Of a stretch of DNA of 53,727 nucleotides, positions 1-10,508 are shown piece by piece. This DNA is from an uncultured Methanosarcinales archaeon (GTDB lineage Archaea; Nanobdellota; Nanobdellia; Woesearchaeales; CAYMBN01): positions 1 to 53,727 of the forward strand of contig CAYMBN010000009.1 of assembly GCA_964388715.1 (NCBI GenBank), read 5' to 3'. The position numbers and the translations under genes were made by a program. The notes beneath the pieces are model-generated. The model saw only the letters and a program-made list of their open reading frames with translations, was not told where the DNA came from and did not search any database. Position 1 is the stretch's first letter; every line of letters starts with the position of its first letter.

Positions 1-1
1 T

Positions 2-3000
2 TCAATCACAGAAAAGAATCTAGGAAAAATAACTTACAATTTTAAAGAAATTAAAGAAGACCAATTAATCGAACAAACAATAGCTCATTTTGATGGAAAC
101 CAATTAACAACAAATGGTCAAGAACAACTATCAACACTTCCTAGAACTTATTCAATTGGAAAATTTGGACAAGCAATTAATTTAACCCAAAGTGGTTCTG
201 TTAGTTATAATTTAACAAAATATCCTACATTAGTTAATGCAACACAAGGAACAGTAATGTTTTGGTTTAAACCAACTTGGGATGAAAATGATGGTGTGTG
301 CCATGGTTTATTTGAATTTTTACCTACAAGCAATTATAAAAATAGAATATCTCTTAACAAAAGAGAATCTAATGTTATGCATTTTACAACTTGGGGTTCT
401 AACAATGTTCAAAGAGGAGCATATTCTTGGAATGGAGATTGGACAGGTAATCAATGGCATCATGTTACAATAACTTATGGCAATAACATTGCTCCAAAAT
501 TCTATTTTGATGGAGTAAACAGAATAACATCCATAGCAGATCCAAGAGATGAAACTGATCCTATTGATAAAATAAGAATAGGAAATGATTACCTTGTTTG
601 TACAAAAGGTATTCAATCACTAGTTGATGAATTTAAAACTTTTAATGAAGTATTATCGCCAGAAGAAGTTAAAGAAGAATATGAATTTGATTTAAAACAT
701 TATGCTCTTTATGATGACTCTCTATTCCTTATGTACAACTTTGATAATATAGAAACTATAGGAGAAAATAGTACTCAAATTGTTGACTTAAGCCACTACA
801 GAAGAAATGCAAGTATATCAAATGTTTACACACCAAAATTCAGACAAGGAAAATATGGCCTAGCACTTGAACTCAATAGTAGTAATGATGATGTTGGTGT
901 TTCTAATACCCGTCCTCCTTCAAAAGACATGACTTTTGCAATATGGGCAAAACCAACTTACAAAAGTTCAGCAGGAAAATATCTCTTTGCTTCAGAAGGA
1001 GGCAACAGAGCAGGTTCAAAAGGTTTGTATTATGTTAATGATAAGTTTGGATTTTATGTGTACAACAACTCAAAAAAAGGTTTCACAGTTCAATCAGGAT
1101 CAGTTGGTGCATTTAATAAATGGAATCATGTTGTAGGTGTTATTGATTACACTAACAAAGAAATTAGAATTTATGTGGATGGAGAGTTAAAAGGTACCAA
1201 AAAACTTATAGGAACTTTTCCTTCTTCACTTAATCTTTTCAAAATAGGAGCAAGAACAGCAACAGGACATACTAATTATCATTTTAGAGGTTTAATTGAT
1301 GAGGTAAGAGTGTATAGTAGAGCACTACCATCAGATGAAATAAAACAACTCTACATGTACAACCTAAAAAAATCTGATATTGACAAATGGGAACTTTATA
1401 TTGATCAGAAAAAGGATATTGGAACTAGTTTATATTCAGGAGATTATTCATACAAAGTATCTGCTACAGACTTTAATGGACAAGAAAGTTCTGGTCAAAG
1501 AAATATCACTATTATAAACCAAATCCAACCAGGCATCCACTTTGTTCCAAACACACCAGAAGACAAAACAGCAACAACAAACCCAATATTAGAAGTTAAC
1601 ACTTCAATCGCAGCAACAGACACTCCAACCAAATTAACCTATAACTTTAATGGACAAAACTACAATCTCTATGATAATTCATTAGCATTATTTTACAATT
1701 TTGACAATATTAGTGCAATTGGCGAAAGTTACAATAAAACAGGAAGAAGTACTGTTATGGACTTAAGTCAATATGGTTATCACAGTCAAACATATAATTT
1801 TGATTATTATAATCCTACAGGAGGAAAATATAATGGAGCCTTTGAATTTGATGGAATCAATGATCATATTTTTGTTCAAAAAAGTATAATTGGTGACAAT
1901 AATAGTTATACAACAAGTTTTTGGACAAAACTATACCCAACAGGAAAGTTTCAATATCCAATTGTAAATATTTATGAAGGAGCATATGGCAGCAACAGAA
2001 AAGGTTTTGAGATTAATATAAAAAATTCTGGAGAAGTTTACCTTCAATCTGTTGGTTGGAACATGTACTCAAATAGCATAACAACAACAGATACCATTGA
2101 TTGGGGTAAATGGCAACATATTGCAACTGTTTTTAGTATTGAAGATAATACAATGTATATTTACATTAATGGCAAACTAAGCAAATCAGCTACAATTGGT
2201 CACAAAGGATTTAGAGATTATTCAAAACTTGATATTGGAGGTTACTATCAACCAAGCTCATCTGCTTCAAGATATATTAATGGTTCAATAGACAAGGTAA
2301 TGATGTGGAACAGATCTCTCTCACCAGATGAAATAAAATTCCTTTACAATTCAAACCTTAACAAATATGAAAAAGACAAATGGTTATTCCACACAAAACA
2401 TAACCTAACAAATGACAAAGAATACAGATTTGACACTTACACATTCCAAACATCTGCAGAACATGCTGATGGAACAATTAATTCAACTGAAAAAAGAACA
2501 ATTGCAATAACAACACTTGATAATCCACAAATTAACTTAAACATAAACAAACAAACTTTCCTAAAAGGAGAAATAGTAAACATTTCAGGAAAACTATTTA
2601 GTGATGATCAAGGACTTTCAAATAGACCAATCAATGTTTACACAGACAATAATAACCAAAACCAACACTCTTCAATAACACACTCAACATATAAAGACTT
2701 TGAACCAGGCACAGTAAATGAAACCTATATCCTTGATGATAAAATTGCTCTTGTACAATATACACCTAGATATCGACCTAAAAGATATTACAAAGGTGAT
2801 TACCTCTCACCAATCATTGACGCAGGTAAAACAGTTTATTGGGATAATACTGATTGGTCAGAACCTGCTCCTTACCAAGATTCTATTAACCTAAATTACA
2901 AAGACAATGTAATGTTTATGTGCAACTTTGATCAAGGCACTGATTGTTATGGATTAGATAAACCTTACTTTAACAACAATTCCTTAACTTCAGGAGTATT

Positions 3001-6000
3001 TAATAATGCACTAAACACTTCTCCAACAACAAGAACACGATATACAACTCCAACCGGCTTTAATCGAAGCAAAGGCTCATTATCTTTATGGGCAAAACAT
3101 TATGGTGGTGGAACCGGAGATGAATGGTTTGAAATACAGGATGGAAATCATGGAATATTATTATACAATTCTGCTACTAATGGAAATCTAGCATCATATT
3201 TCATGGGCTATCTAAGATATAATCTACATTGTACAGATGCCAAATCAAGATGGCACAATATTGTCCTTGTTTGGGATGTTGATGACATTGGAACAGAAAA
3301 AGGAAGTTATAGATTATACTGTGATGGTGTTAAGAAATTTGCAACCAACCGTACCTGGACTCAAAATACAACAGACTTTGGAGGTTCAATTACTTTTGGT
3401 GATGACCGTGGCAGAAATAACAGAGTAAGTATTGACGATGTTATATTATGGCACAACATTGATCTAACAGATGAAGAAATTCTAGATCTTTACACTAGAT
3501 CATATCTTCACCTTAATGTTTCAGTTCGAACCTCAAATGACAATATAACCTGGAGTAACTGGAAAGTTCACACAAAACCAGGCCAAAAAACAGACCTCTC
3601 AGGAAGATATTTACAATACAAAGTTAACATGCTCTCTAATAAAAGTGCTTACACTCCAGAACTTCATAACATTACATTTAATTATATTGCTCCTGGAACA
3701 GATAACACAGGCAATTACATACACTCATTCAGTGCACCAAACACTTCAGGAACTCATGAACTTAAAGTCAACTCTTCACTTGGTTGGTTACCAATAGAAC
3801 AAACCTCTTCAATAAAAGTATTACCAGCTGACTTACAAACATCAATTAACATTAACCCAGCTATTCACACAACAAACCCAATCACAGTAATGCCAACCAC
3901 AAATGTTCATATCTCTGGAAAACTTAACCTAACAACAGGAGCAAATATCCACAACAACAAAATCCAACTCTTTGTTGACAATTATGAAATAGGCAAAAAA
4001 CAAAAAACATTCTCAGAACAAATAACACTAGGCAAAAACCTATTCAACAACTACAAACTAAATGATGAATACACTTCAGAATGGATAAATGCAAACCAAG
4101 AGGTACATTGGAACAAGATTGACTTCACAAAACACACAACATCAAACAACCTTAACCAAGGATTAGTACTTTACCTACCATTTGACAAAGATGCAAAAGA
4201 CTACTCAGGACAAAATCATAAAATAATTTGTCTTAATAACAGTATCTGCCCTAACCTAATAGACAATGGAAAAAGTAATAGTGCTTATGAATTTAATAGA
4301 CAAGGACTTTTTATCCCATATTCAAAATCAACTGATCTAACAAGTACTAGAACTATTTCAGTATGGGTTAAACTAAATCAAAGTGGAAATTATGGTGGTG
4401 TTGTTGTTGGAAAACCAGATCTCAAAAACACACTAATTTTTTACAATAATAGATTTACTTATTATTTTGGATCAGCAACAGCAAGATTAGAAAAATATCA
4501 ATCATCTAGTTTTGATAAATGGTATCATCTAGTTGTTGTAAAAAATGAAACACATATGATACTTTATTTAAACAGTGAACCAATCAGTTCAGCATCTGTT
4601 TCAACTACACCATCATCTTCAAGAGAAATAAATATTGGTTACAGATATGATGGTTCTCCAAAAGATTGGTTTGAAGGAACAATTGATGAAATAAGAATGT
4701 ACAACAGATCTCTTTCACCAGATGAAGTCAAACAATTATACAGCAAAGACCTTACCAATCTAAACATCTCCACAAGAACATCTAACAACCCTGATGAATC
4801 AACAACAGACTGGAAAACCCACACAACCACAGACTCTCCAATAAACCAACAAGCACAATACTTACAATACAAAGTATCAATGTCAACAGAAGATAACGAG
4901 TACACTCCAATACTAAACCACTTAACACTTGATTACAACACAATCATAACAAATGATTATGGTATTTACAATTACTCATACCTAACACCAAGTGCAGAAG
5001 GTATTTATGAAATAAAAACAAATGCATCTTACTTATCCTTAAATAACCAAGAATCAATCTACATAAACATCTCTGACTTTATGCCACCAATATTCACATT
5101 CAACCAACCAACACCAGATCAAAACACAATAACAACAAACACAAACCAAATAATCAACACCACAATAACAGAAGGAGCACTCAAAAACCTAACTTATAGT
5201 TGGACAGACCATGCATATCATGATGATAATCTAGTTTTGGATTTAAGTCTAGATGAAGATTCATCTGTCGTTAAAGATAAAAGTGGACACAATAATGATG
5301 GTACTGTTAATGGTGCTGCTTTTGTAAGTGATGGTAAACATAATGGTGGTTATAACTTCATTAGTACTGAAAATGATTATATTCGAATACCACATTCTTC
5401 AAGTTTATTGATAAAAAATAATATCACTATGGGAATTTGGTTTAAGCCAAGTAAAGGATCCACTCAAGCTGGTTGGTCAAGTTTATTTAGTAAGAGAGAT
5501 AGTTCCTCTTCGTATCGTATTGGTTTGAGATCATCTGGTAGTTGTGGTTATGGTATTCAATTTGAATATGGTACTCAGAGTCTACAGAGTGATTCTGATT
5601 GTGATTTAAGTATTGGAAACTGGCATCATATTGTTGTGACAAGACAAGATGATGGCACTATGAGTATATATATAGATGGGGTTCTTAATAAACGAGCTTT
5701 ACTTTTAGCTGGGGAGATGGGAATTAATGGTTACCCTATTGATATTGGCGGTGATCCTTACTGGAAGAGATGGATCAACGGTACAGTTGATGAAGTAAAA
5801 ATCTGGAACAAGGTATTGTCTGAACTTGAAATAAAACAACAATATGAATCAAATGGAAGAACAAAAAAATACAATTATTATGATGATTCCTTAATCTCAA
5901 TGTTTGACTTTGATAATCATTCAAAACTAAATGACTTATCATCTTATGAAAACCATGCAACTTGCTTCAACTGTCCAACCTACACACAAGGAAAATCAGG

Positions 6001-9000
6001 TGGAGCATATGACTTTGATGGTGTTGATGATTACCTTAACTTTACATTAAGCTCAGGCTTCCCTTATACCCATGGATCAATGGAATTATGGTTTAAACCA
6101 AATCAAGCAAGCAATGAAATTAGTAATAATTTCAACTTATTCAGTACAGAATCAAATAAAAGATTCTACTTAACATACAGAGCAGATAAAGATGACTTTT
6201 ACTTTACACATAATGGTAATGGTTGTGGTGGATTTTATGCAGGCACAGAAACTGTTTCATTTAATGCAAATGAATGGCAACATGTATTAATTACCTGGAA
6301 TAATAATCCACACACAGTTGAATTTTATTTCAATGGAAACAGACTTACTTTTGATGCAGGTAGTAAAAAACTAATTTGTAAAGGTGGACACAGCTCAAAC
6401 CTATTCTTAGGATACAATGATTATGGTAAAAACAATTATTTTGATGGTGCAATTGACGAATTCCGTATGTGGAGCAGAACATTAGATGAACAAGAAATAA
6501 AACACCGTTACAATTCAAACTTCAAAAAGACTGACCTAAACAACTGGATATTCAATACTCCACAAAATAATTTAGATGATGGAATCTACCAATACTATTT
6601 TGATGCTTCTGACAAAAAAGAACAACAAAACTCAGAACAAAGAACTATTACAGTTGACACAACTCCACCAACAATACAATTTACACCACCAACACTCCAA
6701 GACAACAAAACAATTAACATAAGAGAAATGGACATAAACATTTCAATAACAGAAGCAAACCTAGATCAAATAATTCTTAATGTTACCTCAAACCTAATCC
6801 CAACAGCAAACTATTCATTATACGATGATGACCTTCTCCTAATGTACAACTTTGACAAAGTATCTGCTTTAGAAGAAACAGATACAAAAGTCATTGACAT
6901 AAGTCAATATGGTTATGATGCCACAATCAATGGAGCAACATACACAACCCAAGGAAAATATAATGGTGCTTATGAATTCAATGGTATCAGTGATTTCATT
7001 TTACTAGATGAAAAAGCCAACTTCAACTTAACACCACCAATATCAATCCAAGCATGGATAAAACCAAACCAAGCAAATCCATTCAAAGAACTAAACCAAT
7101 GCTTCATAAATCTCACTGTTTTAAATGAAAAACTAAAAACAAATCAATGGAATCATGTCATAGCAACATGGAATGGTTCTGAAGTAATATATTATTTAGC
7201 AGGCATAAAAGACTCAACACACACTCTTACATGTAATGCTCAAGACCAAAAACCCACTCTCTCCACATTAGTAGCAGCCCTAACTAGAATGATAAACGGA
7301 ACAATTGACGACTTAAAAATATGGAAAAGAACCATTTCCAACGAAGGAGAATCACATTTACAATATGTTTCAAACCTACAAAAACATAACTCAGACAAGT
7401 GGACAATGTATCAAAGAATTGGTAAAGGAATAAGACTGCCTGATGCAAATTACACATACCAATACTTTGCAAGAGACAAAGTTAACCACCTAATTCAAAC
7501 AGAATTAAGAAAATTCACGCTTGACGCAACACCACCAAGATTCCACAACTTAACCATAAACTCACCTAAAATAAATGAAAAAATATACTTTAACCTAACA
7601 CTAACAGAAAACCAAAAATTAAACTCATACACATTCAGCTGGAACCATTCAGGAACATGGACAAATTACACTTACAGCATCACAGGTCCTGAACATTTTG
7701 TATCAGAACAAAGAACAATCACACTCCCGCACCTTTTAACAATAGCCTATGCATTCTACGCAGATGACATAAACAACAACAAAAACAACACAGGAATCCA
7801 AACATTCACAATAGCTAACACACCACCAACATTTGACCAAGATCCTACAGTGAAAATTGTACAACCAGGTGAAAACCTTAATTATGATATTGACTGCAGT
7901 GACGCAGACAACCAAGCAATCACTTATTATGACAACACAACACTCTTTAACATAAATCCCACAACAGGAATCATTATGGACACTCCAACAGACGCAGAAG
8001 CAGGTAATCACACAATAAAAATCATTTGCAGTGACAGTTATAATAACACAACCAAACTATTCAAATATGCAATAATTGACGTAACCTCACCTACTTGGTC
8101 AAACAACAGAGTAAGCAACTCATCTCCAAAACATAATGATACAATCACATTCAACATCAACTGGAAAGATAATGTGCAACTAGATACATACATCTTTAGT
8201 TGGAATGATTCAGGTACCTGGGTCAACTTTACACATGACATAAACGGCACATCACACCTAGTTTCAGAACAAAAAACAATCACAGCAACACGCAGTGACA
8301 CAATTGCATGGACATACTATGCAAATGATACTAGCAGAAACAAAAACAAATCAAACATCTGGACACTTACAGTATCAAACTCAAGACCACAATCAAGAAA
8401 CACATCAATTGACCCAACAGACTTATTTACAAACCTAACAGCTACAATAAAAGGATTATGGACTTTCTTTGACTATGACCGTGACACACAAACAAATTAT
8501 CAAACAAAATGGTTCAACAATTCAAAAGAAATAACAAGATTAAGAGACAAAACAAGCTTCAACAGTCAAAACACAACAAAAGGAGACAATTGGACATTCA
8601 GTATAAGAGTCCACGATAGTTATACATGGTCAGATTGGTACAATTCAAGTGAATTCACTATCTTAAGAAACACTTCCCCAATAGTAAACTTTGTAAACAT
8701 CTCACCAAACCCAGCAGAACCAGAAGCTAATCTAAATTGTATAGTTAACATTACCCATGTAAGATTAAAATCATTCAAAGTTAACTTCACATGGTACAAG
8801 AATGGTACAAGAAACATGACCTGGGATACAAGAGTTAATTGCACAAACGGAACTCTGTGTTACACAAACAAATTTGTACCAAACCTAGATACAAAATTAG
8901 ATGACAAATTCATCTGCTCAATACTAGCATTTGATGGTTACAATTATACTGGTTGGATTAACTCATCTGAAATAACAATAAAACCAAAACCTCCTGTAAA

Positions 9001-10498
9001 AGTACCAGATCCAAGCCAACCATCAGGTCCTGGTCCAAGTTCAAGTAGCAGCTCAGGTAGTGGTAGTAGAACAAGTATAATAACCAGAACAGCTGAAGTT
9101 GAAAAGAATCTTAAAATAGTTGTACCACAAATAACGCAAATCTACAAAGGAGAAGACATTACTCTACCAGTTACACTAATTAACAACGGTTCAATAAGAC
9201 TAAACAACATCAAAGTACAAGTTGAAGGTACTAGCCAAGATTTATCCTTTAAATTAAGTGAGGGAGAAGTTACCCAACTTAACGCAAAAGAACAAAAGAA
9301 ACTAAATTTACTAATCAAAAGCAAAAACATAACAGGTGTACACAAACTAAAAATCAAAGCACAATCAGATAAACCTTCATTAGAAGACACAGAATCAATA
9401 ATAATAGAAGAAATACTCACAGAAGATGAAGAAGAAATTGTAAAACTTTACCAAAAAGTAATCTACTTACTAGATTCAAGTCCAGAATGCCTAGAAATAA
9501 AAGAACTAGAATCACAAGTAAAAGAACAAATCAATAAAAATAATTTCAAAAGAGCAAAAATTCTTGTTAACACTTTAATTGAACTCTGTGATGAACTAAG
9601 AAACATGGGTGAAAAACCAACATATTCCACCAATGACATTATGGATTACTATGATTATGTTAAAGAACTCAAGAAAAAGAACATAACAACCAAACAACAA
9701 ATTACTTTAGAAGGAAATGTTACAACTATCAACAAAATAATAACAAATAACGAAGAAGAATCCATTGATGATATCTTGGTTATTGAAGCAATTGACAAAC
9801 AAATTGCAGAAAACATGGATAATATTGAGTTCCTAACTCCAAATTATGAAGTAACTGAATCAGGTGAGTCAGTCCAATGGAAATTTAAAGAGATTCCTGC
9901 AAAGAAAAGTATTAGCATAACATACAAAGTAAAAGGAGATCTCAGAAATAAACTTTCTTTAAACACAACATCACTCTTACCAGACAAAGAATCAATCATT
10001 GGCAAAAAAGGATTTAATCTTAGAATTCCTGCAGTAATAGATTTATCTCGTTCAACTATCTTATCAACTGCAACAGGCACAATTATCGGAACAATTGCTT
10101 TAGCACACTTAATATATTCATTCAAGAAAAAGAAATCAAAGAAAACAAAACACCATAAAATACACACAAGCCCTAAAAAATCAAAGAAAAAGAAAAAATC
10201 ATCAACCAATATGCGCAAGTTCCTCCACGATAATTTTGGTTTATTTAAAACAAAAGCAGAACTTGAAAAAATTAAAAGATTAAAAGCAATGAAAAAAGCA
10301 GAGAAATTCAGATTAAAAAAACAGAGAAAAAAATCTAAAGGGAAATCTAAAGGTTTCAGATATCCACAATCAAAAAAACTATCTCCAATAGCAAAAAAAC
10401 TATTAAAAAAAGGTTTTAGCGAAAAACAAATCGAAGATGTTTTTATCAAGCAAGGATTTTCAAGAAAGATAATTAAAGATGTATTCAAAAATATATGA
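2..10498 (+). CDS. Giant membrane-anchored surface protein/adhesin with about 8 LamG (concanavalin A-like) domains, Ig/cadherin-like domains, a C-terminal TM helix and a basic cytoplasmic tail; 5'-truncated
   Basis: The frame of ORF 257..10498 is open from base 2 (SITEKNLGKITYNF...GTVMFWFKP), so the real start lies upstream of the window. Repeated LamG motifs: LMYNFD...G(K)YNGA(F/Y)EFDG...W.KP...W.H(V/I)...Y.(D/N)G...IG...G.IDE...(W/Y)NR.LS..EI. A P/S linker sits at ~8980-9070 and a hydrophobic helix ILSTATGTIIGTIALAHLIYSF at ~10058-10123, followed by a K-rich tail. Confidence 0.9.
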   Translation, partial: SITEKNLGKITYNFKEIKEDQLIEQTIAHFDGNQLTTNGQEQLSTLPRTYSIGKFGQAINLTQSGSVSYNLTKYPTLVNATQGTVMFWFKPTWDENDGVCHGLFEFLPTSNYKNRISLNKRESNVMHFTTWGSNNVQRGAYSWNGDWTGNQWHHVTITYGNNIAPKFYFDGVNRITSIADPRDETDPIDKIRIGNDYLVCTKGIQSLVDEFKTFNEVLSPEEVKEEYEFDLKHYALYDDSLFLMYNFDNIETIGENSTQIVDLSHYRRNASISNVYTPKFRQGKYGLALELNSSNDDVGVSNTRPPSKDMTFAIWAKPTYKSSAGKYLFASEGGNRAGSKGLYYVNDKFGFYVYNNSKKGFTVQSGSVGAFNKWNHVVGVIDYTNKEIRIYVDGELKGTKKLIGTFPSSLNLFKIGARTATGHTNYHFRGLIDEVRVYSRALPSDEIKQLYMYNLKKSDIDKWELYIDQKKDIGTSLYSGDYSYKVSATDFNGQESSGQRNITIINQIQPGIHFVPNTPEDKTATTNPILEVNTSIAATDTPTKLTYNFNGQNYNLYDNSLALFYNFDNISAIGESYNKTGRSTVMDLSQYGYHSQTYNFDYYNPTGGKYNGAFEFDGINDHIFVQKSIIGDNNSYTTSFWTKLYPTGKFQYPIVNIYEGAYGSNRKGFEINIKNSGEVYLQSVGWNMYSNSITTTDTIDWGKWQHIATVFSIEDNTMYIYINGKLSKSATIGHKGFRDYSKLDIGGYYQPSSSASRYINGSIDKVMMWNRSLSPDEIKFLYNSNLNKYEKDKWLFHTKHNLTNDKEYRFDTYTFQTSAEHADGTINSTEKRTIAITTLDNPQINLNINKQTFLKGEIVNISGKLFSDDQGLSNRPINVYTDNNNQNQHSSITHSTYKDFEPGTVNETYILDDKIALVQYTPRYRPKRYYKGDYLSPIIDAGKTVYWDNTDWSEPAPYQDSINLNYKDNVMFMCNFDQGTDCYGLDKPYFNNNSLTSGVFNNALNTSPTTRTRYTTPTGFNRSKGSLSLWAKHYGGGTGDEWFEIQDGNHGILLYNSATNGNLASYFMGYLRYNLHCTDAKSRWHNIVLVWDVDDIGTEKGSYRLYCDGVKKFATNRTWTQNTTDFGGSITFGDDRGRNNRVSIDDVILWHNIDLTDEEILDLYTRSYLHLNVSVRTSNDNITWSNWKVHTKPGQKTDLSGRYLQYKVNMLSNKSAYTPELHNITFNYIAPGTDNTGNYIHSFSAPNTSGTHELKVNSSLGWLPIEQTSSIKVLPADLQTSININPAIHTTNPITVMPTTNVHISGKLNLTTGANIHNNKIQLFVDNYEIGKKQKTFSEQITLGKNLFNNYKLNDEYTSEWINANQEVHWNKIDFTKHTTSNNLNQGLVLYLPFDKDAKDYSGQNHKIICLNNSICPNLIDNGKSNSAYEFNRQGLFIPYSKSTDLTSTRTISVWVKLNQSGNYGGVVVGKPDLKNTLIFYNNRFTYYFGSATARLEKYQSSSFDKWYHLVVVKNETHMILYLNSEPISSASVSTTPSSSREINIGYRYDGSPKDWFEGTIDEIRMYNRSLSPDEVKQLYSKDLTNLNISTRTSNNPDESTTDWKTHTTTDSPINQQAQYLQYKVSMSTEDNEYTPILNHLTLDYNTIITNDYGIYNYSYLTPSAEGIYEIKTNASYLSLNNQESIYINISDFMPPIFTFNQPTPDQNTITTNTNQIINTTITEGALKNLTYSWTDHAYHDDNLVLDLSLDEDSSVVKDKSGHNNDGTVNGAAFVSDGKHNGGYNFISTENDYIRIPHSSSLLIKNNITMGIWFKPSKGSTQAGWSSLFSKRDSSSSYRIGLRSSGSCGYGIQFEYGTQSLQSDSDCDLSIGNWHHIVVTRQDDGTMSIYIDGVLNKRALLLAGEMGINGYPIDIGGDPYWKRWINGTVDEVKIWNKVLSELEIKQQYESNGRTKKYNYYDDSLISMFDFDNHSKLNDLSSYENHATCFNCPTYTQGKSGGAYDFDGVDDYLNFTLSSGFPYTHGSMELWFKPNQASNEISNNFNLFSTESNKRFYLTYRADKDDFYFTHNGNGCGGFYAGTETVSFNANEWQHVLITWNNNPHTVEFYFNGNRLTFDAGSKKLICKGGHSSNLFLGYNDYGKNNYFDGAIDEFRMWSRTLDEQEIKHRYNSNFKKTDLNNWIFNTPQNNLDDGIYQYYFDASDKKEQQNSEQRTITVDTTPPTIQFTPPTLQDNKTINIREMDINISITEANLDQIILNVTSNLIPTANYSLYDDDLLLMYNFDKVSALEETDTKVIDISQYGYDATINGATYTTQGKYNGAYEFNGISDFILLDEKANFNLTPPISIQAWIKPNQANPFKELNQCFINLTVLNEKLKTNQWNHVIATWNGSEVIYYLAGIKDSTHTLTCNAQDQKPTLSTLVAALTRMINGTIDDLKIWKRTISNEGESHLQYVSNLQKHNSDKWTMYQRIGKGIRLPDANYTYQYFARDKVNHLIQTELRKFTLDATPPRFHNLTINSPKINEKIYFNLTLTENQKLNSYTFSWNHSGTWTNYTYSITGPEHFVSEQRTITLPHLLTIAYAFYADDINNNKNNTGIQTFTIANTPPTFDQDPTVKIVQPGENLNYDIDCSDADNQAITYYDNTTLFNINPTTGIIMDTPTDAEAGNHTIKIICSDSYNNTTKLFKYAIIDVTSPTWSNNRVSNSSPKHNDTITFNINWKDNVQLDTYIFSWNDSGTWVNFTHDINGTSHLVSEQKTITATRSDTIAWTYYANDTSRNKNKSNIWTLTVSNSRPQSRNTSIDPTDLFTNLTATIKGLWTFFDYDRDTQTNYQTKWFNNSKEITRLRDKTSFNSQNTTKGDNWTFSIRVHDSYTWSDWYNSSEFTILRNTSPIVNFVNISPNPAEPEANLNCIVNITHVRLKSFKVNFTWYKNGTRNMTWDTRVNCTNGTLCYTNKFVPNLDTKLDDKFICSILAFDGYNYTGWINSSEITIKPKPPVKVPDPSQPSGPGPSSSSSSGSGSRTSIITRTAEVEKNLKIVVPQITQIYKGEDITLPVTLINNGSIRLNNIKVQVEGTSQDLSFKLSEGEVTQLNAKEQKKLNLLIKSKNITGVHKLKIKAQSDKPSLEDTESIIIEEILTEDEEEIVKLYQKVIYLLDSSPECLEIKELESQVKEQINKNNFKRAKILVNTLIELCDELRNMGEKPTYSTNDIMDYYDYVKELKKKNITTKQQITLEGNVTTINKIITNNEEESIDDILVIEAIDKQIAENMDNIEFLTPNYEVTESGESVQWKFKEIPAKKSISITYKVKGDLRNKLSLNTTSLLPDKESIIGKKGFNLRIPAVIDLSRSTILSTATGTIIGTIALAHLIYSFKKKKSKKTKHHKIHTSPKKSKKKKKSSTNMRKFLHDNFGLFKTKAELEKIKRLKAMKKAEKFRLKKQRKKSKGKSKGFRYPQSKKLSPIAKKLLKKGFSEKQIEDVFIKQGFSRKIIKDVFKNI

Positions 10499-10508
10499 GG
10501 ACTAAAAA

